Shown here: positions 1-12,900 of the stretch, one piece after another | Layout: each line of letters opens with the position of its first letter | Position numbering within the stretch: the first letter of the stretch is position 1 | Origin: Eukaryota sp. GEM-RC1 | Lineage: Eukaryota | Length of the DNA stretch: 64,000 nt | Direction of reading: 5' to 3' | Assembly (NCBI GenBank): GCA_040285855.1 | Contig: JAUFOQ010000010.1 | Location: 620,001-684,000 of the forward strand | Position numbers and translations under genes: made by a program | The notes under the pieces: generated by a model | Databases searched by the model: none | What the model was told of the DNA's origin: nothing | What the model saw: the letters and a program-made list of their open reading frames with translations, nothing else

Positions 1-499
1 ATAAGTCACACATAAACAAATATCAAAGCAGTTTAGCAGTCGATCATACACAGATTGATTTTCAGTTTTACCCGGTAATTAAGACTCGTCATATCGAAAA
101 GTTCATTTGCTATTGTTTTCAACTACACCACGTATTAAATGGTATCTGGAAATGATGTAACATTATACTACATGTTTTGAAATGATTCGAATCACCGACA
201 CAGTGTCTCGTTATTAACACGGTTGTATTTTTTCTCAAAAAACAGCTTAATTGTCCATGAGTTGAGTGATGCTTTGATTATTCTTAGTGATTTATAAGAT
301 GTACAGTATCCTTTTGTATCTACTCCAAAGATATTTTAGTCATGGTAATTTATTAAATATTGGTCAAAATTAGGTTGTTCGTTAGATTCTGTTTTAGTGA
401 TCTGTGATTTAATTGGAAATCTTGTCACACAATTGTCCTAACATACAAAGTAGGTTTTTGTTTATCTTAAATTGAGTTTATTATCTAACATTATCTAAG

Positions 500-1132
500 C
501 TTCTCTTTACTGGATATGGGTTCTATGAACCGGCTAGCATTTCCGATTTCTATCTACATTACAACTCAACTGGTCCTGAAGGCGCTATTGCAATTGCTGA
601 AGCTTTGAAGGAGAATTCGTCTGTTTTTTCGATCAATCTAGGTAACAACTCAATTGGTAATGAAGGCGCTATTGCAATTGCTGAAGCTTTGAAGGTGAAT
701 TCGTCTGTTTCTACGATCAATCTAGGTAACAACTCAATTGGTAATGAAGGCGCTATTGCAATTGCTGAAGCTTTGAAGGTGAATTCGTCTGTTTTTTCGA
801 TCAATCTAGGTAACAACTCAATTGGTAATGAAGGCGCTATTGCAATTGCTGAAGCTTTGAAGGTGAATTCGTCTGTTTCTACGATCTATCTAGGTAACAA
901 CTCAATTGGTCCTGAAGGCGCTATTGCAATTGCTGAAGCTTTGAAGGTGAATTCGTCTGTTTCTACGATCAATCTAGGTAACAACTCAATTGGTAATGAA
1001 GGCGCTATTGCAATTGCTGAAGCTTTGAAGGTGAATTCGTCTGTTTCTTCGATTTATCTACATAGCAACTCAATTAACAGTCAAACACAACAGTCGTTAA
1101 AATCACTACACAAGAATAGAATTCATTTCTAA
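500..1132 (+). CDS. LRR cassette, unit 1 (5 extra 28-aa RI-class modules); no in-frame ATG
   Basis: Repeats of KVNSSVSTIxLxxNSIGxEGAIAIAEAL ending in NRIHF*. Frame is open back to TGA 473-475. Start is placed at the candidate splice acceptor, and expression is unproven. Confidence 0.7.
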   Translation, partial: LLFTGYGFYEPASISDFYLHYNSTGPEGAIAIAEALKENSSVFSINLGNNSIGNEGAIAIAEALKVNSSVSTINLGNNSIGNEGAIAIAEALKVNSSVFSINLGNNSIGNEGAIAIAEALKVNSSVSTIYLGNNSIGPEGAIAIAEALKVNSSVSTINLGNNSIGNEGAIAIAEALKVNSSVSSIYLHSNSINSQTQQSLKSLHKNRIHF

Positions 1133-1665
1133 AGATATTTTCCTCTGATAGAAAGATCACCCCATTATAAGTCACACATAAACAAATATCAAAGCAGTTT
1201 AGCAGTCGATCATACACAGATTGATTTTCAGTTTTACCCGGTAATTAAGACTCGTCATATCGAAAAGTTCATTTGCTATTGTTTTCAACAACACCACGTA
1301 TTAAATGGTATCTGGAAATGATGTAACATTATACTACATGTTTTGAAATGATTCGAATCACCGACACAGTGTCTCGTTATTAACACGGTTGTATTTTTTC
1401 TCAAAAAACAGCTTAATTGTCCATGAGTTGAGTGATGCTTTGATTATTCTTAGTGATTTATAAGATGTACAGTATCCTTTTGTATCTACTCCAAAGATAT
1501 TTTAGTCATGGTAATTTATTAAATATTGGTCAAAATTAGGTTGTTCGTTAGATTCTGTTTTAGTGATCTGTGATTTAATTGGAAATCTTGTCACACAATT
1601 GTCCTAACATACAAAGTAGGTTTTTGTTTATCTTAAATTGAGTTTATTATCTAACATTATCTAAG

Positions 1666-2718
1666 CTTCTCTTTACTGGATATGGGTTCTATGAACCGGC
1701 TAGCATTTCCGATTTCTATCTACATTACAACTCAACTGGTCCTGAAGGCGCTATTGCAATTGCTGAAGCTTTGAAGGTGAATTCGTCTGTTTTTTCGATC
1801 AATCTAGGTAACAACTCAATTGGTAATGAAGGCGCTATTGCAATTGCTGAAGCTTTGAAGGTGAATTCGTCTGTTTCTACGATCTATCTAGGTAACAACT
1901 CAATTGGTAATGAAGGCGCTATTGCAATTGCTGAAGCTTTGAAGGTGAATTCGTCTGTTTCTACGATCTATCTACATAACAACTCAATTGGTCCTGAAGG
2001 CGCTATTGCAATTGCTGAAGCTTTGAAGGTGAATTCTTCAGTTTCTACGATTTATCTACATTACAACTCAATTGGTCCTGAAGGCGCTACTGTAATTGCT
2101 GAAGCTTTGAAGGTGAATTCTTCACTTTCTAGAATCGATCTAGATGGCAACTTAATTGGTAATGAAGGCACTATTGCAATTGCCGAAGCTTTGAAGGTGA
2201 ATTCTTCACTTTCTAGAATCGATCTAAATAACAACTCAATTGGTAATGAAGGCGCTATTGCAATTGCTGAAGCTTTGAAGGTGAATTCGTCTGTTTTTTC
2301 GATCAATCTAGGTAACAACTCAATTGGTAATGAAGGCGCTATTGCAATTGCTGAAGCTTTGAAGGTGAATTCGTCTGTTTCTACGATCTATCTACATAAC
2401 AACTCAATTGGTCCTGAAGGCGCTATTGCAATTGCTGAAGCTTTGAAGGTGAATTCTTCAGTTTCTACGATTTATCTACATTACAACTCAATTGGTCCTG
2501 AAGGCGCTATTGCAATTGCTGAAGCTTTGAAGGTGAATTCGTCTGTTTCTACGATCAATCTAGGTAACAACTCAATTGGTAATGAAGGCGCTATTGCAAT
2601 TGCTGAAGCTTTGAAGGTGAATTCTTCTGTTTCTTCGATTTATCTACATAGCAACTCAATTAACAGTCAAACACAACAGTCGTTAAAATCACTACACAAG
2701 AATAGAATTCATTTCTAA
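1666..2718 (+). CDS. LRR cassette, unit 2 (10 extra modules)
   Basis: ORF track 1771-2718 (315 aa = 35 + 10x28), with the same ATG-less leader. Confidence 0.7.
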   Translation, partial: LLFTGYGFYEPASISDFYLHYNSTGPEGAIAIAEALKVNSSVFSINLGNNSIGNEGAIAIAEALKVNSSVSTIYLGNNSIGNEGAIAIAEALKVNSSVSTIYLHNNSIGPEGAIAIAEALKVNSSVSTIYLHYNSIGPEGATVIAEALKVNSSLSRIDLDGNLIGNEGTIAIAEALKVNSSLSRIDLNNNSIGNEGAIAIAEALKVNSSVFSINLGNNSIGNEGAIAIAEALKVNSSVSTIYLHNNSIGPEGAIAIAEALKVNSSVSTIYLHYNSIGPEGAIAIAEALKVNSSVSTINLGNNSIGNEGAIAIAEALKVNSSVSSIYLHSNSINSQTQQSLKSLHKNRIHF

Positions 2719-4743
2719 AGATATTTTCCTCTGATAGAAAGATCACCCCATTATAAGTCACACATAAACAAATATCAAAGCAGTTTAGCAGTCGATCATA
2801 CACAGATTGATTTTCAGTTTTACCCGGTAATTAAGACTCGTCATATCGAAAAGTTCATTTGCTATTGTTTTCAACAACACCACGTATTAAATGGTATCTG
2901 GAAATGATGTAACATTATACTACATGTTTTGAAATGATTCGAATCACCGACACAGTGTCTCGTTATTAACACGGTTGTATTTTTTCTCAAAAAACAGCTT
3001 AATTGTCCATGAGTTGAGTGATGCTTTGATTATTCTTAGTGATTTATAAGATGTACAGTATCCTTTTGTATCTACTCCAAAGATATTTTAGTCGTGGTAA
3101 TTTATTAAATATTGGTCAAAATTAGGTTGTTCGTTAGATTCTGTTTTAGTGATCTGTGATTTAATTGGAAATCTTGTCACACAATTGTCCTAACATACAA
3201 AGTAGGTTTTTGTTTATCTTAAATTGAGTTTATTATCTAACATTATCTAAGCTTCTCTTTACTGGATATGGGTTCTATGAACCGGCTAGCATTTCCGATT
3301 TCTATCTACATTACAACTCAACTGGTCCTGAAGGCGCTATTGCAATTGCTGAAGCTTTGAAGGTGAATTCTTCACTGTCTACGATTTATCTACGTAACAA
3401 CTCAATTAACAGTCAAACACAACAATCATTAAAATCACTACACAAGAATAGAATTCATTTCTAAAGATATTTTCCTCTGATAGAAAGATCACCCCATTAT
3501 AAGTCACACATAAACAAATATCAAAGCAGTTTAGCAGTCGATCATACACAGATTGATTTTCAGTTTTACCCGGTAATTAAGACTCGTCATATCGAAAAGT
3601 TCATTTGCTATTGTTTTCAACAACACCACGTATTAATTGGTATCTGGAAATGATGTAACATTATACTATATGTTTCGAAATGATTCGAATCACCGACACA
3701 GTGTCTCGCTGTTAACACGGTTGTATTTTTTCTCAAAAAACAGCTTAATTGTCCATGAGTTGAGTGATGCTTTGATTATTCTTAGTGATTTATAAGATGT
3801 ACAGTATCCTTTTGTATCTACTCCAAAGATATTTTAGTCGTGGTAATTTATTAAATATTGGTCAAAATTAGGTTGTTCGTTAGATTCTGTTTTAGTGATC
3901 TGTGATTTAATTGGAAATCTTGTCACACAATTGTCCTAACATACAAAGTAGGTTTTTGTTTATCTTAAATTGAGTTTATTATCTAACATTATCTAAGCTT
4001 CTCTTTACTGGATATGGGTTCTATGAACCGGCTAGCATTTCCGATTTCTATCTACATTACAACTCAACTGGTCCTGAAGGCGCTATTGCAATTGCTGAAG
4101 CTTTGAAGGTGAATTCTTCACTGTCTACGATTTATCTACGTAACAACTCAATTAACAGTCAAACACAACAATCATTAAAATCACTACACAAGAATAGAAT
4201 TCATTTCTAAAGATATTTTCCTCTGATAGAAAGATCACCCCATTATAAGTCACACATAAACAAATATCAAAGCAGTTTAGCAGTCGATCATACACAGATT
4301 GATTTTCAGTTTTACCCGGTAATTAAGACTCGTCATATCGAAAAGTTCATTTGCTATTGTTTTCAACAACACCACGTATTAAATGGTATCTGGAAATGAT
4401 GTAACATTATACTACATGTTTTGAAATGATTCGAATCACCGACACAGTGTCTCGTTATTAACACGGTTGTATTTTTTCTCAAAAAACAGCTTAATTGTCC
4501 ATGAGTTGAGTGATGCTTTGATTATTCTTAGTGATTTATAAGATGTACAGTATCCTTTTGTATCTACTCCAAAGATATTTTAGTCGTGGTAATTTATTAA
4601 ATATTGGTCAAAATTAGGTTGTTCGTTAGATTCTGTTTTAGTGATCTGTGATTTAATTGGAAATCTTGTCACACAATTGTCCTAACATACAAAGTAGGTT
4701 TTTGTTTATCTTAAATTGAGTTTATTATCTAACATTATCTAAG

Positions 4744-5376
4744 CTTCTCTTTACTGGATATGGGTTCTATGAACCGGCTAGCATTTCCGATTTCTATCTA
4801 CATTACAACTCAACTGGTCCTGAAGGCGCTATTGCAATTGCTGAAGCTTTGAAGGAGAATTCGTCTGTTTTTTCGATCAATCTAGGTAACAACTCAATTG
4901 GTAATGAAGGCGCTATTGCAATTGCTGAAGCTTTGAAGGTGAATTCGTCTGTTTCTACGATCAATCTAGGTAACAACTCAATTGGTAATGAAGGCGCTAT
5001 TGCAATTGCTGAAGCTTTGAAGGTGAATTCGTCTGTTTTTTCGATCAATCTAGGTAACAACTCAATTGGTAATGAAGGCGCTATTGCAATTGCTGAAGCT
5101 TTGAAGGTGAATTCGTCTGTTTCTACGATCTATCTAGGTAACAACTCAATTGGTCCTGAAGGCGCTATTGCAATTGCTGAAGCTTTGAAGGTGAATTCGT
5201 CTGTTTCTACGATCAATCTAGGTAACAACTCAATTGGTAATGAAGGCGCTATTGCAATTGCTGAAGCTTTGAAGGTGAATTCGTCTGTTTCTTCGATTTA
5301 TCTACATAGCAACTCAATTAACAGTCAAACACAACAGTCGTTAAAATCACTACACAAGAATAGAATTCATTTCTAA
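4744..5376 (+). CDS. LRR cassette, unit 5 (5 extra modules; same protein as unit 1)
   Basis: Identical translation to 605-1132, offset 4244 bp. Confidence 0.7.
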   Translation, partial: LLFTGYGFYEPASISDFYLHYNSTGPEGAIAIAEALKENSSVFSINLGNNSIGNEGAIAIAEALKVNSSVSTINLGNNSIGNEGAIAIAEALKVNSSVFSINLGNNSIGNEGAIAIAEALKVNSSVSTIYLGNNSIGPEGAIAIAEALKVNSSVSTINLGNNSIGNEGAIAIAEALKVNSSVSSIYLHSNSINSQTQQSLKSLHKNRIHF

Positions 5377-5909
5377 AGATATTTTCCTCTGATAGAAAGA
5401 TCACCCCATTATAAGTCACACATAAACAAATATCAAAGCAGTTTAGCAGTCGATCATACACAGATTGATTTTCAGTTTTACCCGGTAATTAAGACTCGTC
5501 ATATCGAAAAGTTCATTTGCTATTGTTTTCAACAACACCACGTATTAAATGGTATCTGGAAATGATGTAACATTATACTACATGTTTTGAAATGATTCGA
5601 ATCACCGACACAGTGTCTCGTTATTAACACGGTTGTATTTTTTCTCAAAAAACAGCTTAATTGTCCATGAGTTGAGTGATGCTTTGATTATTCTTAGTGA
5701 TTTATAAGATGTACAGTATCCTTTTGTATCTACTCCAAAGATATTTTAGTCATGGTAATTTATTAAATATTGGTCAAAATTAGGTTGTTCGTTAGATTCT
5801 GTTTTAGTGATCTGTGATTTAATTGGAAATCTTGTCACACAATTGTCCTAACATACAAAGTAGGTTTTTGTTTATCTTAAATTGAGTTTATTATCTAACA
5901 TTATCTAAG

Positions 5910-6962
5910 CTTCTCTTTACTGGATATGGGTTCTATGAACCGGCTAGCATTTCCGATTTCTATCTACATTACAACTCAACTGGTCCTGAAGGCGCTATTG
6001 CAATTGCTGAAGCTTTGAAGGTGAATTCGTCTGTTTTTTCGATCAATCTAGGTAACAACTCAATTGGTAATGAAGGCGCTATTGCAATTGCTGAAGCTTT
6101 GAAGGTGAATTCGTCTGTTTCTACGATCTATCTAGGTAACAACTCAATTGGTAATGAAGGCGCTATTGCAATTGCTGAAGCTTTGAAGGTGAATTCGTCT
6201 GTTTCTACGATCTATCTACATAACAACTCAATTGGTCCTGAAGGCGCTATTGCAATTGCTGAAGCTTTGAAGGTGAATTCTTCAGTTTCTACGATTTATC
6301 TACATTACAACTCAATTGGTCCTGAAGGCGCTACTGTAATTGCTGAAGCTTTGAAGGTGAATTCTTCACTTTCTAGAATCGATCTAGATGGCAACTTAAT
6401 TGGTAATGAAGGCACTATTGCAATTGCCGAAGCTTTGAAGGTGAATTCTTCACTTTCTAGAATCGATCTAAATAACAACTCAATTGGTAATGAAGGCGCT
6501 ATTGCAATTGCTGAAGCTTTGAAGGTGAATTCGTCTGTTTTTTCGATCAATCTAGGTAACAACTCAATTGGTAATGAAGGCGCTATTGCAATTGCTGAAG
6601 CTTTGAAGGTGAATTCGTCTGTTTCTACGATCTATCTACATAACAACTCAATTGGTCCTGAAGGCGCTATTGCAATTGCTGAAGCTTTGAAGGTGAATTC
6701 TTCAGTTTCTACGATTTATCTACATTACAACTCAATTGGTCCTGAAGGCGCTATTGCAATTGCTGAAGCTTTGAAGGTGAATTCGTCTGTTTCTACGATC
6801 AATCTAGGTAACAACTCAATTGGTAATGAAGGCGCTATTGCAATTGCTGAAGCTTTGAAGGTGAATTCTTCTGTTTCTTCGATTTATCTACATAGCAACT
6901 CAATTAACAGTCAAACACAACAGTCGTTAAAATCACTACACAAGAATAGAATTCATTTCTAA
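5910..6962 (+). CDS. LRR cassette, unit 6 (10 extra modules; same protein as unit 2)
   Basis: Identical translation to 1771-2718, offset 4244 bp. Confidence 0.7.
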   Translation, partial: LLFTGYGFYEPASISDFYLHYNSTGPEGAIAIAEALKVNSSVFSINLGNNSIGNEGAIAIAEALKVNSSVSTIYLGNNSIGNEGAIAIAEALKVNSSVSTIYLHNNSIGPEGAIAIAEALKVNSSVSTIYLHYNSIGPEGATVIAEALKVNSSLSRIDLDGNLIGNEGTIAIAEALKVNSSLSRIDLNNNSIGNEGAIAIAEALKVNSSVFSINLGNNSIGNEGAIAIAEALKVNSSVSTIYLHNNSIGPEGAIAIAEALKVNSSVSTIYLHYNSIGPEGAIAIAEALKVNSSVSTINLGNNSIGNEGAIAIAEALKVNSSVSSIYLHSNSINSQTQQSLKSLHKNRIHF

Positions 6963-9900
6963 AGATATTTTCCTCTGATAGAAAGATCACCCCATTATAA
7001 GTCACACATAAACAAATATCAAAGCAGTTTAGCAGTCGATCATACACAGATTGATTTTCAGTTTTACCCGGTAATTAAGACTCGTCATATCGAAAAGTTC
7101 ATTTGCTATTGTTTTCAACAACACCACGTATTAAATGGTATCTGGAAATGATGTAACATTATACTACATGTTTTGAAATGATTCGAATCACCGACACAGT
7201 GTCTCGTTATTAACACGGTTGTATTTTTTCTCAAAAAACAGCTTAATTGTCCATGAGTTGAGTGATGCTTTGATTATTCTTAGTGATTTATAAGATGTAC
7301 AGTATCCTTTTGTATCTACTCCAAAGATATTTTAGTCGTGGTAATTTATTAAATATTGGTCAAAATTAGGTTGTTCGTTAGATTCTGTTTTAGTGATCTG
7401 TGATTTAATTGGAAATCTTGTCACACAATTGTCCTAACATACAAAGTAGGTTTTTGTTTATCTTAAATTGAGTTTATTATCTAACATTATCTAAGCTTCT
7501 CTTTACTGGATATGGGTTCTATGAACCGGCTAGCATTTCCGATTTCTATCTACATTACAACTCAACTGGTCCTGAAGGCGCTATTGCAATTGCTGAAGCT
7601 TTGAAGGTGAATTCTTCACTGTCTACGATTTATCTACGTAACAACTCAATTAACAGTCAAACACAACAATCATTAAAATCACTACACAAGAATAGAATTC
7701 ATTTCTAAAGATATTTTCCTCTGATAGAAAGATCACCCCATTATAAGTCACACATAAACAAATATCAAAGCAGTTTAGCAGTCGATCATACACAGATTGA
7801 TTTTCAGTTTTACCCGGTAATTAAGACTCGTCATATCGAAAAGTTCATTTGCTATTGTTTTCAACAACACCACGTATTAATTGGTATCTGGAAATGATGT
7901 AACATTATACTATATGTTTCGAAATGATTCGAATCACCGACACAGTGTCTCGCTGTTAACACGGTTGTATTTTTTCTCAAAAACAGCTTAATTGTCCATG
8001 AGTTGAGTGATGCTTTGATTATTCTTAGTGATTTATAAGATGTACAGTATCCTTTTGTATCTACTCCAAAGATATTTTAGTCGTGGTAATTTATTAAATA
8101 TTGGTCAAAATTAGGTTGTTCGTTAGATTCTGTTTTAGTGATCTGTGATTTAATTGGAAATCTTGTCACACAATTGTCCTAACATACAAAGTAGGTTTTT
8201 GTTTATCTTAAATTGAGTTTATTATCTAACATTATCTAAGCTTCTCTTTACTGGATATGGGTTCTATGAACCGGCTAGCATTTCCGATTTCTATCTACAT
8301 TACAACTCAACTGGTCCTGAAGGCGCTATTGCAATTGCTGAAGCTTTGAAGGTGAATTCTTCACTGTCTACGATTTATCTACGTAACAACTCAATTAACA
8401 GTCAAACACAACAATCATTAAAATCACTACACAAGAATAGAATTCATTTCTAAAGATATTTTCCTCTGATAGAAAGATCACCCCATTATAAGTCACACAT
8501 AAACAAATATCAAAGCAGTTTAGCAGTCGATCATACACAGATTGATTTTCAGTTTTACCCGGTAATTAAGACTCGTCATATCGAAAAGTTCATTTGCTAT
8601 TGTTTTCAACAACACCACGTATTAAATGGTATCTGGAAATGATGTAACATTATACTACATGTTTTGAAATGATTCGAATCACCGACACAGTGTCTCGTTA
8701 TTAACACGGTTGTATTTTTTCTCAAAAAACAGCTTAATTGTCCATGAGTTGAGTGATGCTTTGATTATTCTTAGTGATTTATAAGATGTACAGTATCCTT
8801 TTGTATCTACTCCAAAGATATTTTAGTCGTGGTAATTTATTAAATATTGGTCAAAATTAGGTTGTTCGTTAGATTCTGTTTTAGTGATCTGTGATTTAAT
8901 TGGAAATCTTGTCACACAATTGTCCTAACATACAAAGTAGGTTTTTGTTTATCTTAAATTGAGTTTATTATCTAACATTATCTAAGCTTCTCTTTACTGG
9001 ATATGGGTTCTATGAACCGGCTAGCATTTCCGATTTCTATCTACATTACAACTCAACTGGTCCTGAAGGCGCTATTGCAATTGCTGAAGCTTTGAAGGTG
9101 AATTCTTCACTGTCTACGATTTATCTACGTAACAACTCAATTAACAGTCAAACACAACAATCATTAAAATCACTACACAAGAATAGAATTCATTTCTAAA
9201 GATATTTTCCTCTGATAGAAAGATCACCCCATTATAAGTCACACATAAACAAATATCAAAGCAGTTTAGCAGTCGATCATACACAGATTGATTTTCAGTT
9301 TTACCCGGTAATTAAGACTCGTCATATCGAAAAGTTCATTTGCTATTGTTTTCAACAACACCACGTATTAAATGGTATCTGGAAATGATGTAACATTATA
9401 CTACATGTTTTGAAATGATTCGAATCACCGACACAGTGTCTCGTTATTAACACGGTTGTATTTTTTCTCAAAAAACAGCTTAATTGTCCATGAGTTGAGT
9501 GATGCTTTGATTATTCTTAGTGATTTATAAGATGTACAGTATCCTTTTGTATCTACTCCAAAGATATTTTAGTCGTGGTAATTTATTAAATATTGGTCAA
9601 AATTAGGTTGTTCGTTAGATTCTGTTTTAGTGATCTGTGATTTAATTGGAAATCTTGTCACACAATTGTCCTAACATACAAAGTAGGTTTTTGTTTATCT
9701 TAAATTGAGTTTATTATCTAACATTATCTAAGCTTCTCTTTACTGGATATGGGTTCTATGAACCGGCTAGCATTTCCGATTTCTATCTACATTACAACTC
9801 AACTGGTCCTGAAGGCGCTATTGCAATTGCTGAAGCTTTGAAGGTGAATTCTTCACTGTCTACGATTTATCTACGTAACAACTCAATTAACAGTCAAACA

Positions 9901-12900
9901 CAACAATCATTAAAATCACTACACAAGAATAGAATTCATTTCTACAGATATTTTCCTCTGATAGAAAGATCACCCCATTATAAGTCACACATAAACAAAT
10001 ATCAAAGCAGTTTAGCAGTCGATCATACACAGATTGATTTTCAGTTTTACCCGGTAATTAAGACTCGTCATATCGAAAAGTTCATTTGCTATTGTTTTCA
10101 ACAACACCACCTATTAAATGGTATCTGGAAATGATGTAACATTATACTACATGTTTTGAAATGATTCGAATCACCGACACAGTGTCTCGTTATTAACACG
10201 GTTGTATTTTTTCTCAAAAAACAGCTTAATTGTCCATGAGTTGAGTGATGCTTTGATTATTCTTAGTGATTTATAAGATGTACAGTATCCTTTTGTATCT
10301 ACTCCAAAGATATTTTAGTCGTGGTAATTTATTAAATATTGGTCAAAATTAGGTTGTTCGTTAGATTCTGTTTTAGTGATCTGTGATTTAATTGGAAATC
10401 TTGTCACACAATTGTCTTAACATACAAAGTAGGTTTTTGTTTATCTTAAATTGAGTTTATTATCTAACATTATCTAAGCTTCTCTTTACGGGATATGGGT
10501 TCTATGAACCGGCTAGAATTTCCGATTTCTATCTACATTACAACTCAACTGGTCCTGAAGGCGCTATTGCAATTGCTGAAGGTTTGAAGGTGAATTCTTC
10601 ACTTTCTACGATCTATCTACGTAACAACTCAATTAACAGTCAAACACAACAATCATTAAAATCACTACACAAGAATAGAATTCATTTCTAAAGATATTTT
10701 CCTCTGATATAAAGATCACCCCATTATAAGTCACACATAAACAAATATCAAAGCAGTTTAGCAGTCGATCATACACAGATTGATTTTCAGTTTTACCCGG
10801 TAATTAAGACTCGTCATATCGAAAAGTTCATTTGCTATTGTTTTCAACAACACCACGTATTAAATGGTATCTGGAAATGATGTAACATTATACTACATGT
10901 TTTGAAATGATTCGAATCACCGACACAGTGTCTCGTTATTAACACGGTTGTATTTTTTCTCAAAAAACAGCTTAATTGTCCATGAGTTGAGTGATGCTTT
11001 GATTATTCTTAGTGATTTATAAGATGTACAGTATCCTTTTGTATCTACTCCAAAGATATTTTAGTCGTGGTAATTTATTAAATATTGGTCAAAATTAGGT
11101 TGTTCGTTAGATTCTGTTTTAGTGATCTGTGATTTAATTGGAAATCTTGTCACACAATTGTCCTAACATACAAAGTAGGTTTTTGTTTATCTTAAATTGA
11201 GTTTATTATCTAACATTATCTAAGCTTCTCTTTACTGGATATGGGTTCTATGAACCGGCTAGCATTTCCGATTTCTATCTACATTACAACTCAACTGGTC
11301 CTGAAGGCGCTATTGCAATTGCTGAAGCTTTGAAGGTGAATTCTTCACTGTCTACGATTTATCTACGTAACAACTCAATTAACAGTCAAACACAACAATC
11401 ATTAAAATCACTACACAAGAATAGAATTCATTTCTAAAGATATTTTCCTCTGATAGAAAGATCACCCCATTATAAGTCACACATAAACAAATATCAAAGC
11501 AGTTTAGCAGTCGATCATACACAGATTGATTTTCAGTTTTACCCGGTAATTAAGACTCGTCATATCGAAAAGTTCATTTGCTATTGTTTTCAACAACACC
11601 ACGTATTAAATGGTATCTGGAAATGATGTAACATTATACTACATGTTTTGAAATGATTCGAATCACCGACACAGTGTCTCGTTATTAACACGGTTGTATT
11701 TTTTCTCAAAAAACAGCTTAATTGTCCATGAGTTGAGTGATGCTTTGATTATTCTTAGTGATTTATAAGATGTACAGTATCCTTTTGTATCTACTCCAAA
11801 GATATTTTAGTCGTGGTAATTTATTAAATATTGGTCAAAATTAGGTTGTTCGTTAGATTCTGTTTTAGTGATCTGTGATTTAATTGGAAATCTTGTCACA
11901 CAATTGTCTTAACATACAAAGTAGGTTTTTGTTTATCTTAAATTGAGTTTATTATCTAACATTATCTAAGCTTCTCTTTACGGGATATGGGTTCTATGAA
12001 CCGGCTAGAATTTCCGATTTCTATCTACATTACAACTCAACTGGTCCTGAAGGCGCTATTGCAATTGCTGAAGGTTTGAAGGTGAATTCTTCACTTTCTA
12101 CGATCTATCTACGTAACAACTCAATTAACAGTCAAACACAACAATCATTAAAATCACTACACAAGAATAGAATTCATTTCTAAAGATATTTTCCTCTGAT
12201 ATAAAGATCACCCCATTATAAGTCACACATAAACAAATATCAAAGCAGTTTAGCAGTCGATCATACACAGATTGATTTTCAGTTTTACCCGGTAATTAAG
12301 ACTCGTCATATCGAAAAGTTCATTTGCTATTGTTTTCAACAACACCACGTATTAAATGGTATCTGGAAATGATGTAACATTATACTACATGTTTTGAAAT
12401 GATTCGAATCACCGACACAGTGTCTCGTTATTAACACGGTTGTATTTTTTCTCAAAAAACAGCTTAATTGTCCATGAGTTGAGTGATGCTTTGATTATTC
12501 TTAGTGATTTATAAGATGTACAGTATCCTTTTGTATCTACTCCAAAGATATTTTAGTCGTGGTAATTTATTAAATATTGGTCAAAATTAGGTTGTTCGTT
12601 AGATTCTGTTTTAGTGATCTGTGATTTAATTGGAAATCTTGTCACACAATTGTCCTAACATACAAAGTAGGTTTTTGTTTATCTTAAATTGAGTTTATTA
12701 TCTAACATTATCTAAGCTTCTCTTTACTGGATATGGGTTCTATGAACCGGCTAGCATTTCCGATTTCTATCTACATTACAACTCAACTGGTCCTGAAGGC
12801 GCTATTGCAATTGCTGAAGCTTTGAAGGTGAATTCTTCACTGTCTACGATTTATCTACGTAACAACTCAATTAACAGTCAAACACAACAATCATTAAAAT

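Noticed and set aside
605..607. TTG starts given by the ORF track for the cassettes
   Set aside because: These are internal Leu codons of the LRR helix. The frame continues upstream and the locus is eukaryotic.
516..608. ATG-initiated 30-aa ORF MGSMNRLAFPISIY...LLKL* in each unit
   Set aside because: It is out of frame with the LRRs, and both ATGs are lost in the diverged edge unit.
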